IMG/VR virus record: IMGVR_UViG_3300012953_000020
Coordinates: 1-64,000 of that record
Direction: 5' to 3' (one strand)
Origin: a virus
DNA length: 64,000 nucleotides
Position 1 is the stretch's first letter. Every line of letters begins with the position of its first letter. Below are positions 29,357 through 39,000 of the stretch, piece after piece. A program made the position numbers and the translations under genes. Below the pieces are notes generated by a model. It saw only the letters and a program-made list of their open reading frames with translations. It did no database searches and was not told where the DNA came from.

Positions 29357-32113
29357 CTATAGCTCCTGTATTCTTTTTCTAGTGTCAGTTATCTCAACTT
29401 GGCACGAGTCGCTAGGCGGTAATTGCACCTGGAAATCATTATAAACAGTATACACTCTAAATTTAACACTAGAAGCAGCACCTAAGAACGTATTTGTCCG
29501 AACTTGATAAGTCATATATCCTGTAAAAGGTCGTGCTTCTATGGGGATTTCTACACCATTAATCTCGGCCGTTATTACAAAAAAGTCTATTTGCTCATGA
29601 GCGCTTTGAGTGAAAACGTCATTCTGCTGGCAAGCAAACCGGACAATACACTCTCCATCGTCTGGGTGATATAAAGCACTAACATATCTAATGTCATGGT
29701 ATACACGCTCAGATGACTTACTGTCTTCTAGCATTCCGCCGATGCAAGTCACTCTGTGAAATGGGTCTTTATAATTACTTCTAGACTCGTGAGCGTAGAA
29801 TGTAAAACCGCTCTTCTTATCGTGGACTTCAGCAGGGAGTTGACCGTTCGCCATCGTGAAAGTGTTAAAGTAGGCCTCTGTTCTTCTCTTAAATAGCTTT
29901 CTTGTCTTAGGATCTTCTATATCATCAAATCCTGCAGTGACTAACTCTATTGGGTTTGTTATTATTAAATTATACGAAACGATGTAGTCAGATCCGCCGG
30001 CGTAGTTAGTACGCGTACGGTTTACAGGTATCTTGAACTGTATTTGTCCTGCGTTATTTGTAACAGAAGACTGAACAAAGGTAGTAATTGAACCAGTCTT
30101 TTTATCATATAACGTAACATAAAGCTGGTACAGACTTCCGATATTTTGCAGATTTTTGTTAACTCTTTCAGCGAAATTTTCTGTGTAGAATGTTTGAGCG
30201 TCTGTTCCACTAAACATATTAGATAATGAAGTCTTTATATTGGCAGCGATGCTCTGAGAACCTTCTTCTGACACAGTTATAATGGCACCCTGAGTATTCC
30301 TGCTTGTGACTGATAAATTTATGTTCGGCAGGCCCATACGAAAAGTACGATGGGGGATAGAAATACTTTGAAAATCGCTATACCCATTCTTTTCTATGAA
30401 GAAAACTTCGTATGTGTACCTAGCTCCCGGTACGGGACTTACATGGGAAACCTCGTTTGATTGACTGTCCAGCACTGGCAGTTCAAATGGAGAACCTGTT
30501 CCATTGGGACGACACAAGACCCTCGACACGGAAATGTCAGAGTGCTTATTGCAGATTTTTATAACGTTTCTGGGGTATCTTGCGTTCTGCGCATCACCTC
30601 TAGATATAGTCGCGACATAAAGCTTAACATTCTCAAGCAATTGCTTGATTCTAGACTTGTTGTAGTGTCCCATTATTTTGTTAGGGCTGACGGTAGAATT
30701 CAGCATCATTTCGCCTGTTCTTCTGTTGAATATAAAGTCCCTTTTAAGAAGAAAATCAGCCACAACCGGCTGGAAGACTGAAGTTATCAGTTTACTAGAC
30801 AATTTCAAATCTGTAATGGCAAATGAGTTGTTAGCGTTAGGATCTCTGCTGACCGTCCTGCTAGCCGTATAGACTTCTATATCATCATCCAGCTTTTGAT
30901 CTCTCTCTATTGCGAAGTCTACTTTGAAAGATGAAATCCCTGAAGCATTCATTTTTTCTCTGGATATATTCACCGGAAATCCGCCTAAGTCGCCAGTCCT
31001 TGATCTCTCTTTAATCGAAGATTGAGCTTCTATAATCGGTGCAAAGTCCCTAATAGCGATTACATCTTGCGGCTTGTTTCTTTTCGTGAGACTCAGCCGA
31101 AGGTTACTTAGCAAATCTTCATCGAACCCTTCAAAAAATAAGACAGTTGTGATTTTTTTAAAATTCGTATACGAGTTAGCTATCTTGACATCGCTGATAT
31201 ATCTGTTCTTGAACGCGTCTTCGTCAGAAGATCTAGGCATGTTAAGCTGGGCAGCTAACATAAAGTTGGCGACCATCGCCTTTTCTTCTGGTCTCATATC
31301 AGAAATGGAAATCCTGCTTTGGCTAGGCTTTATAAAGTTTGAATTCACAAACGTACTCATTGGATCGATCCCCATTAAGATTAATTGGTGACAGGATTCC
31401 TTGAACACTTCATAGTGAGCTCTGGGGTTGGTATCGTCTAGAATAGTCGACGCAGCAATTTTCGCAATATCTCTATAATGACCGGTTACTGGTATGCTTA
31501 GGATAGGAGAGCTATTGTTCGCGTAATTTGAACTTTCAAAATATGAGCTCTTGTACATGTACGCTTTTCCACCAAGCATCTTTATTTCAGGAAACTTAGA
31601 GTTGATAGCTTCCACTTTCATACCGGTAAAGGTCGTCTGATTTTCGTCCATGGCAAAAAGATCTCTATATTTTCTTCTCTCGTTTATCCTGTTTGTATAA
31701 TCCCCTCCCTTAAACTTAAAAACGGTGTCAGAGCCAGCAAGCAGCGTGTCCATCTCTCTCATGACCTTCAACGTGCCTGATATGTAATCAATGATCGCTT
31801 GCTCTCTAGAATTTAGCTTCTCGTAAAGATTGATATACTTAACGTGTTTTCTCTTACCGTTAATCTCAAGATAAAGCTCGAGGGTATCATATCCAAAAGC
31901 CAAAGCAAAAATGTTGTAATACATAGTGATCGCGATTTCAACGTTCTGCTTGTTTGTCTCTCTATTAAGCTGGCGAAACACTAACCTGTAACAGTCATCT
32001 TTCAAAGAAAGCATCTCACCGCCCAACAGCTGTGGTATATCCGGCAAGTCTTTAGGCGATTTTTTCTTAAGCTGAAAGACTGATTCAAAGAAGGGTAAAG
32101 GAGTTTTTGACAT
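29357..32113 (-). CDS. Hypothetical protein, 918 aa (beta-rich C-terminal half)
   Basis: Long ORF with a GAGG SD inside the upstream gene end; its stop abuts the next start. Confidence 0.85.
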   Translation of the reverse strand: MSKTPLPFFESVFQLKKKSPKDLPDIPQLLGGEMLSLKDDCYRLVFRQLNRETNKQNVEIAITMYYNIFALAFGYDTLELYLEINGKRKHVKYINLYEKLNSREQAIIDYISGTLKVMREMDTLLAGSDTVFKFKGGDYTNRINERRKYRDLFAMDENQTTFTGMKVEAINSKFPEIKMLGGKAYMYKSSYFESSNYANNSSPILSIPVTGHYRDIAKIAASTILDDTNPRAHYEVFKESCHQLILMGIDPMSTFVNSNFIKPSQSRISISDMRPEEKAMVANFMLAAQLNMPRSSDEDAFKNRYISDVKIANSYTNFKKITTVLFFEGFDEDLLSNLRLSLTKRNKPQDVIAIRDFAPIIEAQSSIKERSRTGDLGGFPVNISREKMNASGISSFKVDFAIERDQKLDDDIEVYTASRTVSRDPNANNSFAITDLKLSSKLITSVFQPVVADFLLKRDFIFNRRTGEMMLNSTVSPNKIMGHYNKSRIKQLLENVKLYVATISRGDAQNARYPRNVIKICNKHSDISVSRVLCRPNGTGSPFELPVLDSQSNEVSHVSPVPGARYTYEVFFIEKNGYSDFQSISIPHRTFRMGLPNINLSVTSRNTQGAIITVSEEGSQSIAANIKTSLSNMFSGTDAQTFYTENFAERVNKNLQNIGSLYQLYVTLYDKKTGSITTFVQSSVTNNAGQIQFKIPVNRTRTNYAGGSDYIVSYNLIITNPIELVTAGFDDIEDPKTRKLFKRRTEAYFNTFTMANGQLPAEVHDKKSGFTFYAHESRSNYKDPFHRVTCIGGMLEDSKSSERVYHDIRYVSALYHPDDGECIVRFACQQNDVFTQSAHEQIDFFVITAEINGVEIPIEARPFTGYMTYQVRTNTFLGAASSVKFRVYTVYNDFQVQLPPSDSCQVEITDTRKRIQEL

Positions 32114-32116
32114 TTT

Positions 32117-35100
32117 TTAATCTACCTCAAGATCACATGCCAGGCTAAATATAGGGAAGAAATATATCTCAGTCCCTGGATTATTAGGGTTTGTCTTTTT
32201 TTGTATTAGCTTTCCAAAAGCAAAAACGTGTTGTAGTCGATTCCGGCGATCTGATCTGTCGAAAGAGTCACCGACTATTCCGCTCTTCCACCTTGTCTCG
32301 TCTTCCGTTGTCCGCCACCTGTAAACTGATCCATGATCCAGCTCTCCCCAGTACCTCTTGACGCCTAAATCCATAATTGCTAACTTAGTGAACGTTGCCT
32401 TGCCATCTTCCTTTGCACACTCAAACATTTGAATAAATGAATTGTTAAGTAGACTGGTATTCTCAAACTCTATAACTTCGTTAAAGCGCTCTAAAGGAAA
32501 TTCTATGTTGTTTCTTCCGCCACCACCTGGAATATTCACGTCTCTGATCAGATACTGCACTAGGCCCTGATTTGAATCTTGGTTTGGATGAGTGCCAAAT
32601 CTCTTAACTAGTTCCCTCATTGTCTCATCTGGTACCAGACTCTTGTACCACGTTCTCATTAATTCAAGATAGCGCTCTTTCGTCTGGTCCGTACCGATCC
32701 ATCTCTCTGATATTTCGCCATCCCTGGCTTTTTCTAAGTCCTGATCAAATCTAACAGATCTTCTTCTTAAAAATTCTCGCCACGACATCATATCTTCCAA
32801 GCTGTCTATTTCTCCGTCATGTTGAAACTTGAAATAATCTGCAGCTATTGGGGGTAATAGAAAATAATTCGGCATACGTGAGCTAGAGAATGTCAGTTCA
32901 TCATTGTCTATCTCATTATCAATAATTTCTTCTATATGATAGACAGTACCGGCATTCTCAAGAAACCTACCAGAAGCCGGGCCCTTGGTGTTCTCTATTC
33001 TCCTCGGTTTATTGCTGTGATAGTTATTAGGAGATTTTCCATAAATAGGCTCTTGAAACGGAAATTGTTTTAAGCGAGTATGGAATTTGACAGTTTCGTT
33101 TTCAGGTATTTCCACTCTTGCAATTTGTGACTGCCCAGGATTGGCTGTTTCTAGTTCCATCATCTTGGTTCTCTTAATCGTTAGTGGGGCGCTACCTGAA
33201 ACTGGTACTTCTAAATCTAAGTGCTGTAGTAGGCCTAAATGTCGATAAGCGCGGAGACTACCAGACATCGCCGTCATCGCCATGTCTACAACTTCCTCGA
33301 CTGTAGCTCTCTTAGTTCCGTCTTCCAGCTGCTGCTCTTTTACAAATGTTTTTGTCCCTTTACCGGCGAAGAAAAGCGCTGCTTCATTTCTGATTGGGTT
33401 ATAGTTAGTCCACTCCCTTAATGAGTCTCTCACGTGAATCACAGAGCCACTTAGGGTCACATGTGAGCCGCCGGCGACGTTAAAGTGGCTGGGTCTGCTA
33501 GATCTATACCTGACTAAATTGTCAACTGCTTGATCAGCAGGGTCTTCAGCAGTCTCTGGAAACATACCCGTCATATTAAAGAAATCGGAAGATCTTAAGA
33601 TGCTGATTTGATCATTATATTTGTCGTTTATAGAGCCGGTTAAAAGCGCCGGAACGTTGGGGTTCGTATTTTGATCCACAACGTTAGAATAAGTCGGTTT
33701 TATGAAATATTGACACTCTTGGATGTAACCTTTTAGCCTTTGATCTTCGTCTGGTAAGCTGGAAAGATTATCTAAATTAGCACCGAGTATTAAGTCTGTC
33801 ATGTTCTTCATGCTGAAGCCGCTGGTCGACAATAGTTGGGGTGTGCCTGTCTTTCTAAATGACTTTCTTTTGTCTCCATCCAGAGTTACATGTAGTATGT
33901 TTTCAGGATCATCAGTGAAAGCCGGCCCATACACTACAGATAACCTGTGCCACGTTTCTGGATCTATTCCATCGGAGCTTACTTCCTCCAAAAATGCCGT
34001 ACCATCATCTTTAAAGTATTTTACCTTAAGAGTGTTATTAACGGCGTAGATCTCAACAACTTTTTTAGTTGGTCCAGAAAAGAGTTGTAATATTGTCTGG
34101 TTTGGGGAAGGACTGTCAAAGCCCTCTGACTGAATATAAAACCAGACAGACACTTGGTTTTGGTAGTTATTGAGGTTGATACCTTCGCCGCTGCCCCAGT
34201 CATTCCCGTACAATGGTTCACCTAAATCGTTCACACCGGAATTGTAGTGTTTTTCCTGTAGGTTTATATGAATGAAACTGCTTGTCCTTGTTTTGTAAGA
34301 TTTTCCAAGATCTGATATGGCTGGCAGATGATTAGCTTCAAAGACTGGAGAAGAATCAATCACACTGTTGTTTGTCGAAGTATCGTAAAACCTGTACGCG
34401 GCGTTTGTTGATAAAGGACTGCTTGAAGACAGATTTTGACTCACGTTGGCGCTCAAGAAGTCCATACTATTAACAGCTGAAGCCAGCATTATCATATGTG
34501 GCCGAGCGTCCCTCTTAGAGTTTACATCGCCTTCGGCGGCTTGGATCAGATTAACAGAAAAAGCTGGAGAATACTTTACATTTATGATAGGAGAAGGTTG
34601 CTCAGGTAAAGATGCGATAGAGAAAGCTATTCTTTCACCAGTCGCGTGATCTTTAAATCCGATGACATCTCCTATGGCTGGAGCAAAGTTTACATTTTGA
34701 TCAAACTCGATTGTGGTCGTTGCTTCTGATAGTGAGATTGGAGCAGTCGCTGTACCGGTAACACCATTTATCTTAGACACTGCGGGATGGTTTAAAATAT
34801 CTCTCTCAAAATTTAGAAAAGCCGGATCGGTAAACTCATTTAGTTGTGTTACAGTACTGTCGAATATCCACCAACCCTTTAGACCTGAAGCTGCGCTGTC
34901 ATAGAACAATTCTTGAGACCGGCTACCACTGACATAAAATGGTGATCTGGGATCATACTCAACTTTTTTGGTGTCTATACCAGAACTAGTTACAACCAGC
35001 ACTTGCTTACCAGTAGGAAACGATAATACTTCTTTCCCGAAAGTAGATCCGTCGAGAAGTGAGGTTTGGGTCACAGTACCATCAGAGCCAGTTACTTCTT

Positions 35101-35383
35101 TAGCAAGAAAAGCAGGTTGTGACGCAGGGTTCCTGAGCTCCATCATGTTTAAAATGCTTGGGTTCTCTGCGACGATTGCGTCTTGAGGCCGAGACATAGC
35201 TTCAAAGAAAACAGCACCATCTTTCGTATCGATTACACCAAGCTCTGACTGCTCATATGCAGTGAGACTATCAGAAAACGATATGAACCGAGTGCGGATC
35301 TCTCCGTTGGCCAATTGACGTCGACCTTCTCGAGTAATAAAGGTATCGAAAAATCGTGTTTTTGGGTTAAGAATTCCAGCCAT
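32117..35383 (-). CDS. Putative virion protein with LamG-like domain, 1088 aa
   Basis: VSVWFYI...TWHRLSVVY...HVTLDG...LILG...LKGYIQE. The N-terminus DTFITREGRRQLANG...FISFSD resembles the 254-aa protein. Confidence 0.7.
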   Translation of the reverse strand: MAGILNPKTRFFDTFITREGRRQLANGEIRTRFISFSDSLTAYEQSELGVIDTKDGAVFFEAMSRPQDAIVAENPSILNMMELRNPASQPAFLAKEVTGSDGTVTQTSLLDGSTFGKEVLSFPTGKQVLVVTSSGIDTKKVEYDPRSPFYVSGSRSQELFYDSAASGLKGWWIFDSTVTQLNEFTDPAFLNFERDILNHPAVSKINGVTGTATAPISLSEATTTIEFDQNVNFAPAIGDVIGFKDHATGERIAFSIASLPEQPSPIINVKYSPAFSVNLIQAAEGDVNSKRDARPHMIMLASAVNSMDFLSANVSQNLSSSSPLSTNAAYRFYDTSTNNSVIDSSPVFEANHLPAISDLGKSYKTRTSSFIHINLQEKHYNSGVNDLGEPLYGNDWGSGEGINLNNYQNQVSVWFYIQSEGFDSPSPNQTILQLFSGPTKKVVEIYAVNNTLKVKYFKDDGTAFLEEVSSDGIDPETWHRLSVVYGPAFTDDPENILHVTLDGDKRKSFRKTGTPQLLSTSGFSMKNMTDLILGANLDNLSSLPDEDQRLKGYIQECQYFIKPTYSNVVDQNTNPNVPALLTGSINDKYNDQISILRSSDFFNMTGMFPETAEDPADQAVDNLVRYRSSRPSHFNVAGGSHVTLSGSVIHVRDSLREWTNYNPIRNEAALFFAGKGTKTFVKEQQLEDGTKRATVEEVVDMAMTAMSGSLRAYRHLGLLQHLDLEVPVSGSAPLTIKRTKMMELETANPGQSQIARVEIPENETVKFHTRLKQFPFQEPIYGKSPNNYHSNKPRRIENTKGPASGRFLENAGTVYHIEEIIDNEIDNDELTFSSSRMPNYFLLPPIAADYFKFQHDGEIDSLEDMMSWREFLRRRSVRFDQDLEKARDGEISERWIGTDQTKERYLELMRTWYKSLVPDETMRELVKRFGTHPNQDSNQGLVQYLIRDVNIPGGGGRNNIEFPLERFNEVIEFENTSLLNNSFIQMFECAKEDGKATFTKLAIMDLGVKRYWGELDHGSVYRWRTTEDETRWKSGIVGDSFDRSDRRNRLQHVFAFGKLIQKKTNPNNPGTEIYFFPIFSLACDLEVD

Positions 35384-35388
35384 ACACT

Positions 35389-35395
35389 TAATTAT
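35389..35395 (-). promoter_or_regulatory. Candidate late-promoter motif ATAATTA (leaderless?)
   Basis: ATAATTAAGTGT-ATG with no SD. Confidence 0.5.
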
Positions 35396-35439
35396 ACCCC
35401 TTCAGAATTCTCTAAGCACAATAGATAACAGCAAACCCA

Positions 35440-35901
35440 CTAATCAGTCTTAGATTGCTCTTCCTTCTTGAGCTCTTCTGCCTTTCTTTTTCTTTTCAGT
35501 TGTTCAGGCCGCTCGCCAATTTTTCTTGGCTTTTCACCATCAGCGTTTGCAGACTCTGCTAGACCTTCAACTCTTTTTCTCTCTTCTTCTTCTAGTCTAA
35601 CTTCATTCTCCAAAGTCTCGAGACATTGTCTAATCGCAGCTACTCTAGCTGATTGCTCTCTTCTGGTGACTCTGGCCTCATTGATTAATTCACCTAAAAT
35701 GCCTGGGATATCTCTGAGGGCCTGTATAGCTGTGTCTAGTAGCTCTTGAGAATCTTCTATTTCTGGAAGCTTTCCTAAAACACTCGCGATGTAATTATTA
35801 AAAGGCGTTAAAATTCTTTCTCCGTTAAGATCAGATTTTGATAACCCAACTAATTTATCCTGTTCTTCTTTTAATAGTTTTTGTAAAGTATCAACTTGCA
35901 T
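35440..35901 (-). CDS. Hypothetical coiled-coil protein, 153 aa
   Basis: AAGGAG SD; highly charged helical sequence. Confidence 0.8.
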   Translation of the reverse strand: MQVDTLQKLLKEEQDKLVGLSKSDLNGERILTPFNNYIASVLGKLPEIEDSQELLDTAIQALRDIPGILGELINEARVTRREQSARVAAIRQCLETLENEVRLEEEERKRVEGLAESANADGEKPRKIGERPEQLKRKRKAEELKKEEQSKTD

Positions 35902-35925
35902 AGATCTCTCCTTTCGAACAATAAC

Positions 35926-35954
35926 ATTCTAAGCAGAATCGTGAATCAGTTAAA
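35926..35954 (-). promoter_or_regulatory. Candidate sigma70-like promoter TTTAAC-N17-TAGAAT right after the terminator
   Basis: Placed to restart transcription of the 153-aa gene. Confidence 0.4.
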
Positions 35955-35980
35955 AAAAAAGAGGGGGACGAATCCCCCTC
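35952..35980 (-). terminator. Rho-independent terminator after the 1675-aa gene
   Basis: Minus strand GAGGGGGA-TTCG-TCCCCCTC followed by T9: a perfect 8-bp stem with a UUCG loop, 31 nt after the stop. Confidence 0.92.
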
Positions 35981-36011
35981 TCCAGTCAAAGGCTTGACTT
36001 AAGCTTAGAGC

Positions 36012-39000
36012 TTACTTGTAGACCAAGACTTGGATGTTGTCACCGGAAAAGAGATCGTAAGTAAAACTTAGCGTCTCCGTACCGAATGCATTAATGTCTT
36101 GCTGGGTCACTTTCTGCATCGCTGTGATGTTAGAAACAGTGATTGTGCTGACACTTCCACCAACTCCTGCCGAATCAGAAACTGCGATTGTTGTGTTAAT
36201 CGGCTTAATAAAGCCAGACGCAGCGACTCCGGAAACGTCCAAAGTCGTTGTACCAGATATCACAGTCGCTGATGAAATTGCAACATTGGAACCTGTAGCA
36301 GATCCTAATGTAAGGTCAACAACGGTAACACCGTCAAAAGCACGAACAATCTTGGTTGCTCCGCCAGCAGCTGACAAGAACGCGGTAGCTGAGGAATCGT
36401 CGTTAAAGACTAAGTTACCAGAGCTAGCCAAGTTAATGTCTGCTCCACTTGAGTTAAAGCTAGAAAGACTTATAGCACTTCCGACAATATCACCCATTAC
36501 AAGGTCAGTTGGCGATGAGTTACTCGAATCAGTAATACGAAGTACTGATCCTGGCTCAAAGGTAGCAGCAAAAGTCTTTGCATTTGCCTGAGAGCTTAAA
36601 TCAAGAGAACTTAAGCTTGAACCAATGCTCGAAATCGATGAACCATTAATCAAAGATTTCAACGAGCTATGTACACTAGCCTCCAGAATAACCCCTTGAG
36701 AGGACGTCTTCTTGAAGTTTGAACCAGTCAACTGGTGTTGACCGTTTACAAACGGCAGGACCTTGTTGCCCTTCGCTGCGAAGGTAGAGGCCGACCAAGT
36801 TACGTCTGAATCACCAACAGGAGTCACTCCACTAAAGTCCACCACGTCACCAGGCTTGTGATCTCTTGTGAGATCCAAGTTGTAAAGTGTTGGGCCAACA
36901 GTTAAAGGACCACCGTTCCAGTGCAGTTCCCCACTCACATTGTAGAGCTTGCCAGTTACCGTAGAAGGCTCCGTGATTTGCTCCAACTTCAGCGGGCTAT
37001 TCTCAAAATAAACAGAGTCATTTTGATCGCCACCAGAAAAAATCATACCTGAAGCTGAATCAAGATGTATCGCGGTGTCACTTCCGTCTAGGCCTGCATT
37101 TAGCTTCACGCCACCGACGTCAGACGTCAATAGAATAGCTGGCGTTACCAATAAGATCTTGGCACTGCTGCCAGTCATACCAGAAATGCTCAGTAGACCA
37201 TTACTTTCTAACACTGACGGATCAGTGAAAGGTACCACGACAGCCGAACCGCCGGCGTAGGTGCCTATTGTCACGTCAGCAGTAGACGTCCCATCAGAAA
37301 ACCTAACACGTGACGTAGCAGGGAAGGCAGTCGCGAACGCTGCTGCATTCGACGCGGAATCAAACGTGATATTCCCTGCAGCGGTTAGGTCTAGAGTAGA
37401 ACCATCTAGATTACCACCGTGAGTGTCCTTGGTATTGCTACCTAGGGTTGTACCTTGATCGGAGTGAATCTTGATTGTCTCACTTGTACCAGCATTTGCC
37501 CGAAGGTAAATTGCGTTAGCCTCATCGACAGTAGACGTTACGTTGATATTACCAGAGCCTGCGATCGAAAGATCGGTACCTGAATGGGTGAAACTAACAT
37601 CTTGATCAGCACCAAATGCAAGGACAGAACTGTCACCTAGGTAAAGGTTCGCCCACTCGGCAGAGGTGCTGCCTAGTGACATTATTGTACTACCAGTAGT
37701 AGCCATCATTGCGGATGTAATTTGGACTCTGTCGCCGTCTCCGGCTTCAAAAACGATAGTATCATCGCCTTGAGAGCGAATCGAAGTATCGTCATCAGCG
37801 TCCAAAACGATCTTACCAACGTCAGCTGCCTTACTAGCGCCTGTTGAAAAGCCACCTATGCTGACACTGCCTTGACCATTCAGGTCGATGTCATCAACGA
37901 AAAGCTTACGCCAAGCGACCTGTGCTGTTGCTGCAGTTACTGAACCACCCGCTGTGGCTCCGGAAGGAGAGCCTGAGCTCGAGAACGTACCGAGTGTACT
38001 TAAATCGTCTCTTGGATCACCAACAAAGCCCCAAGGAGTACTTGAAGTAATGGCTGCAGCTAACACGAATATCGCGGTGCCACCACTAAAGGTATATCCA
38101 ACAGTCTGTCCAGCAGAAGCTGAAACGCCTGATAGACCAGAACCAGAGAAAGAACCACCATAGGAACTTATGCTCGATACTGAACCAATAGATGTAGTGT
38201 GACCACTAATATTAGGTAATGCACAAATCGACATTGATGAACCGCCAGAATAAGCCGACGTGACAACAAAGAAAAATTTGCTACTGCTACCATTAAGCGA
38301 TAAGACAGTTCCTACAGCTATAGAACTTCCACTGTAAGAGTTTGAAATAGTCAATGTACCGTTAAAGGTGCTGGAAAAAGAGCTAAGACTAACCGATGAA
38401 CCAACAGCTGATTCTAAACCAGAAGGAGCAGAAGAAGCAGAAGGTGCTGTCAAGCTCGATCCATAAAGAACCGCTACATTACCGGAACTGCTCATAGCAA
38501 AGCTTTGGCCAGATGAGAGACCGCTTGTCAATCCAGAAGATGATGAACCTGCGGAGTGAGATGCGTCTACGGCTGCTTTACCGAGATCATCCTCACTGTC
38601 TCCACCAGGTTTAACGTTGTTACCACCCGGGTTTAAAACAATATCAGCTGCGGCAATAACCTGAAGGTCTGTCGACACGTCTAGGTAGTTGTCAGTTGAA
38701 TCGGTGGGGTCAATATGCAGCTTACCAACTGCGAGACCATGGTAGCTTGAGCCTTTCTTAAGCTCCATTCTGTCACCAGTGGCATGCTGCTGAAACGTGA
38801 TATCATCACCAGTACCACCCTCTAAAGTAAGTCCGCAACCATCAGTCACAGCGGTACCACCGTTATCCTGATCTAAAACAATATTGTGATCAGAGAATGA
38901 TGAAACATTTGAGTCGATAGTCGTATTAGTGCCGGTAACTGTTAGATTGCCTGTAACTGTAACAGTCGTCGGAACAGTATACGTACCCATCGCAGAAGGA

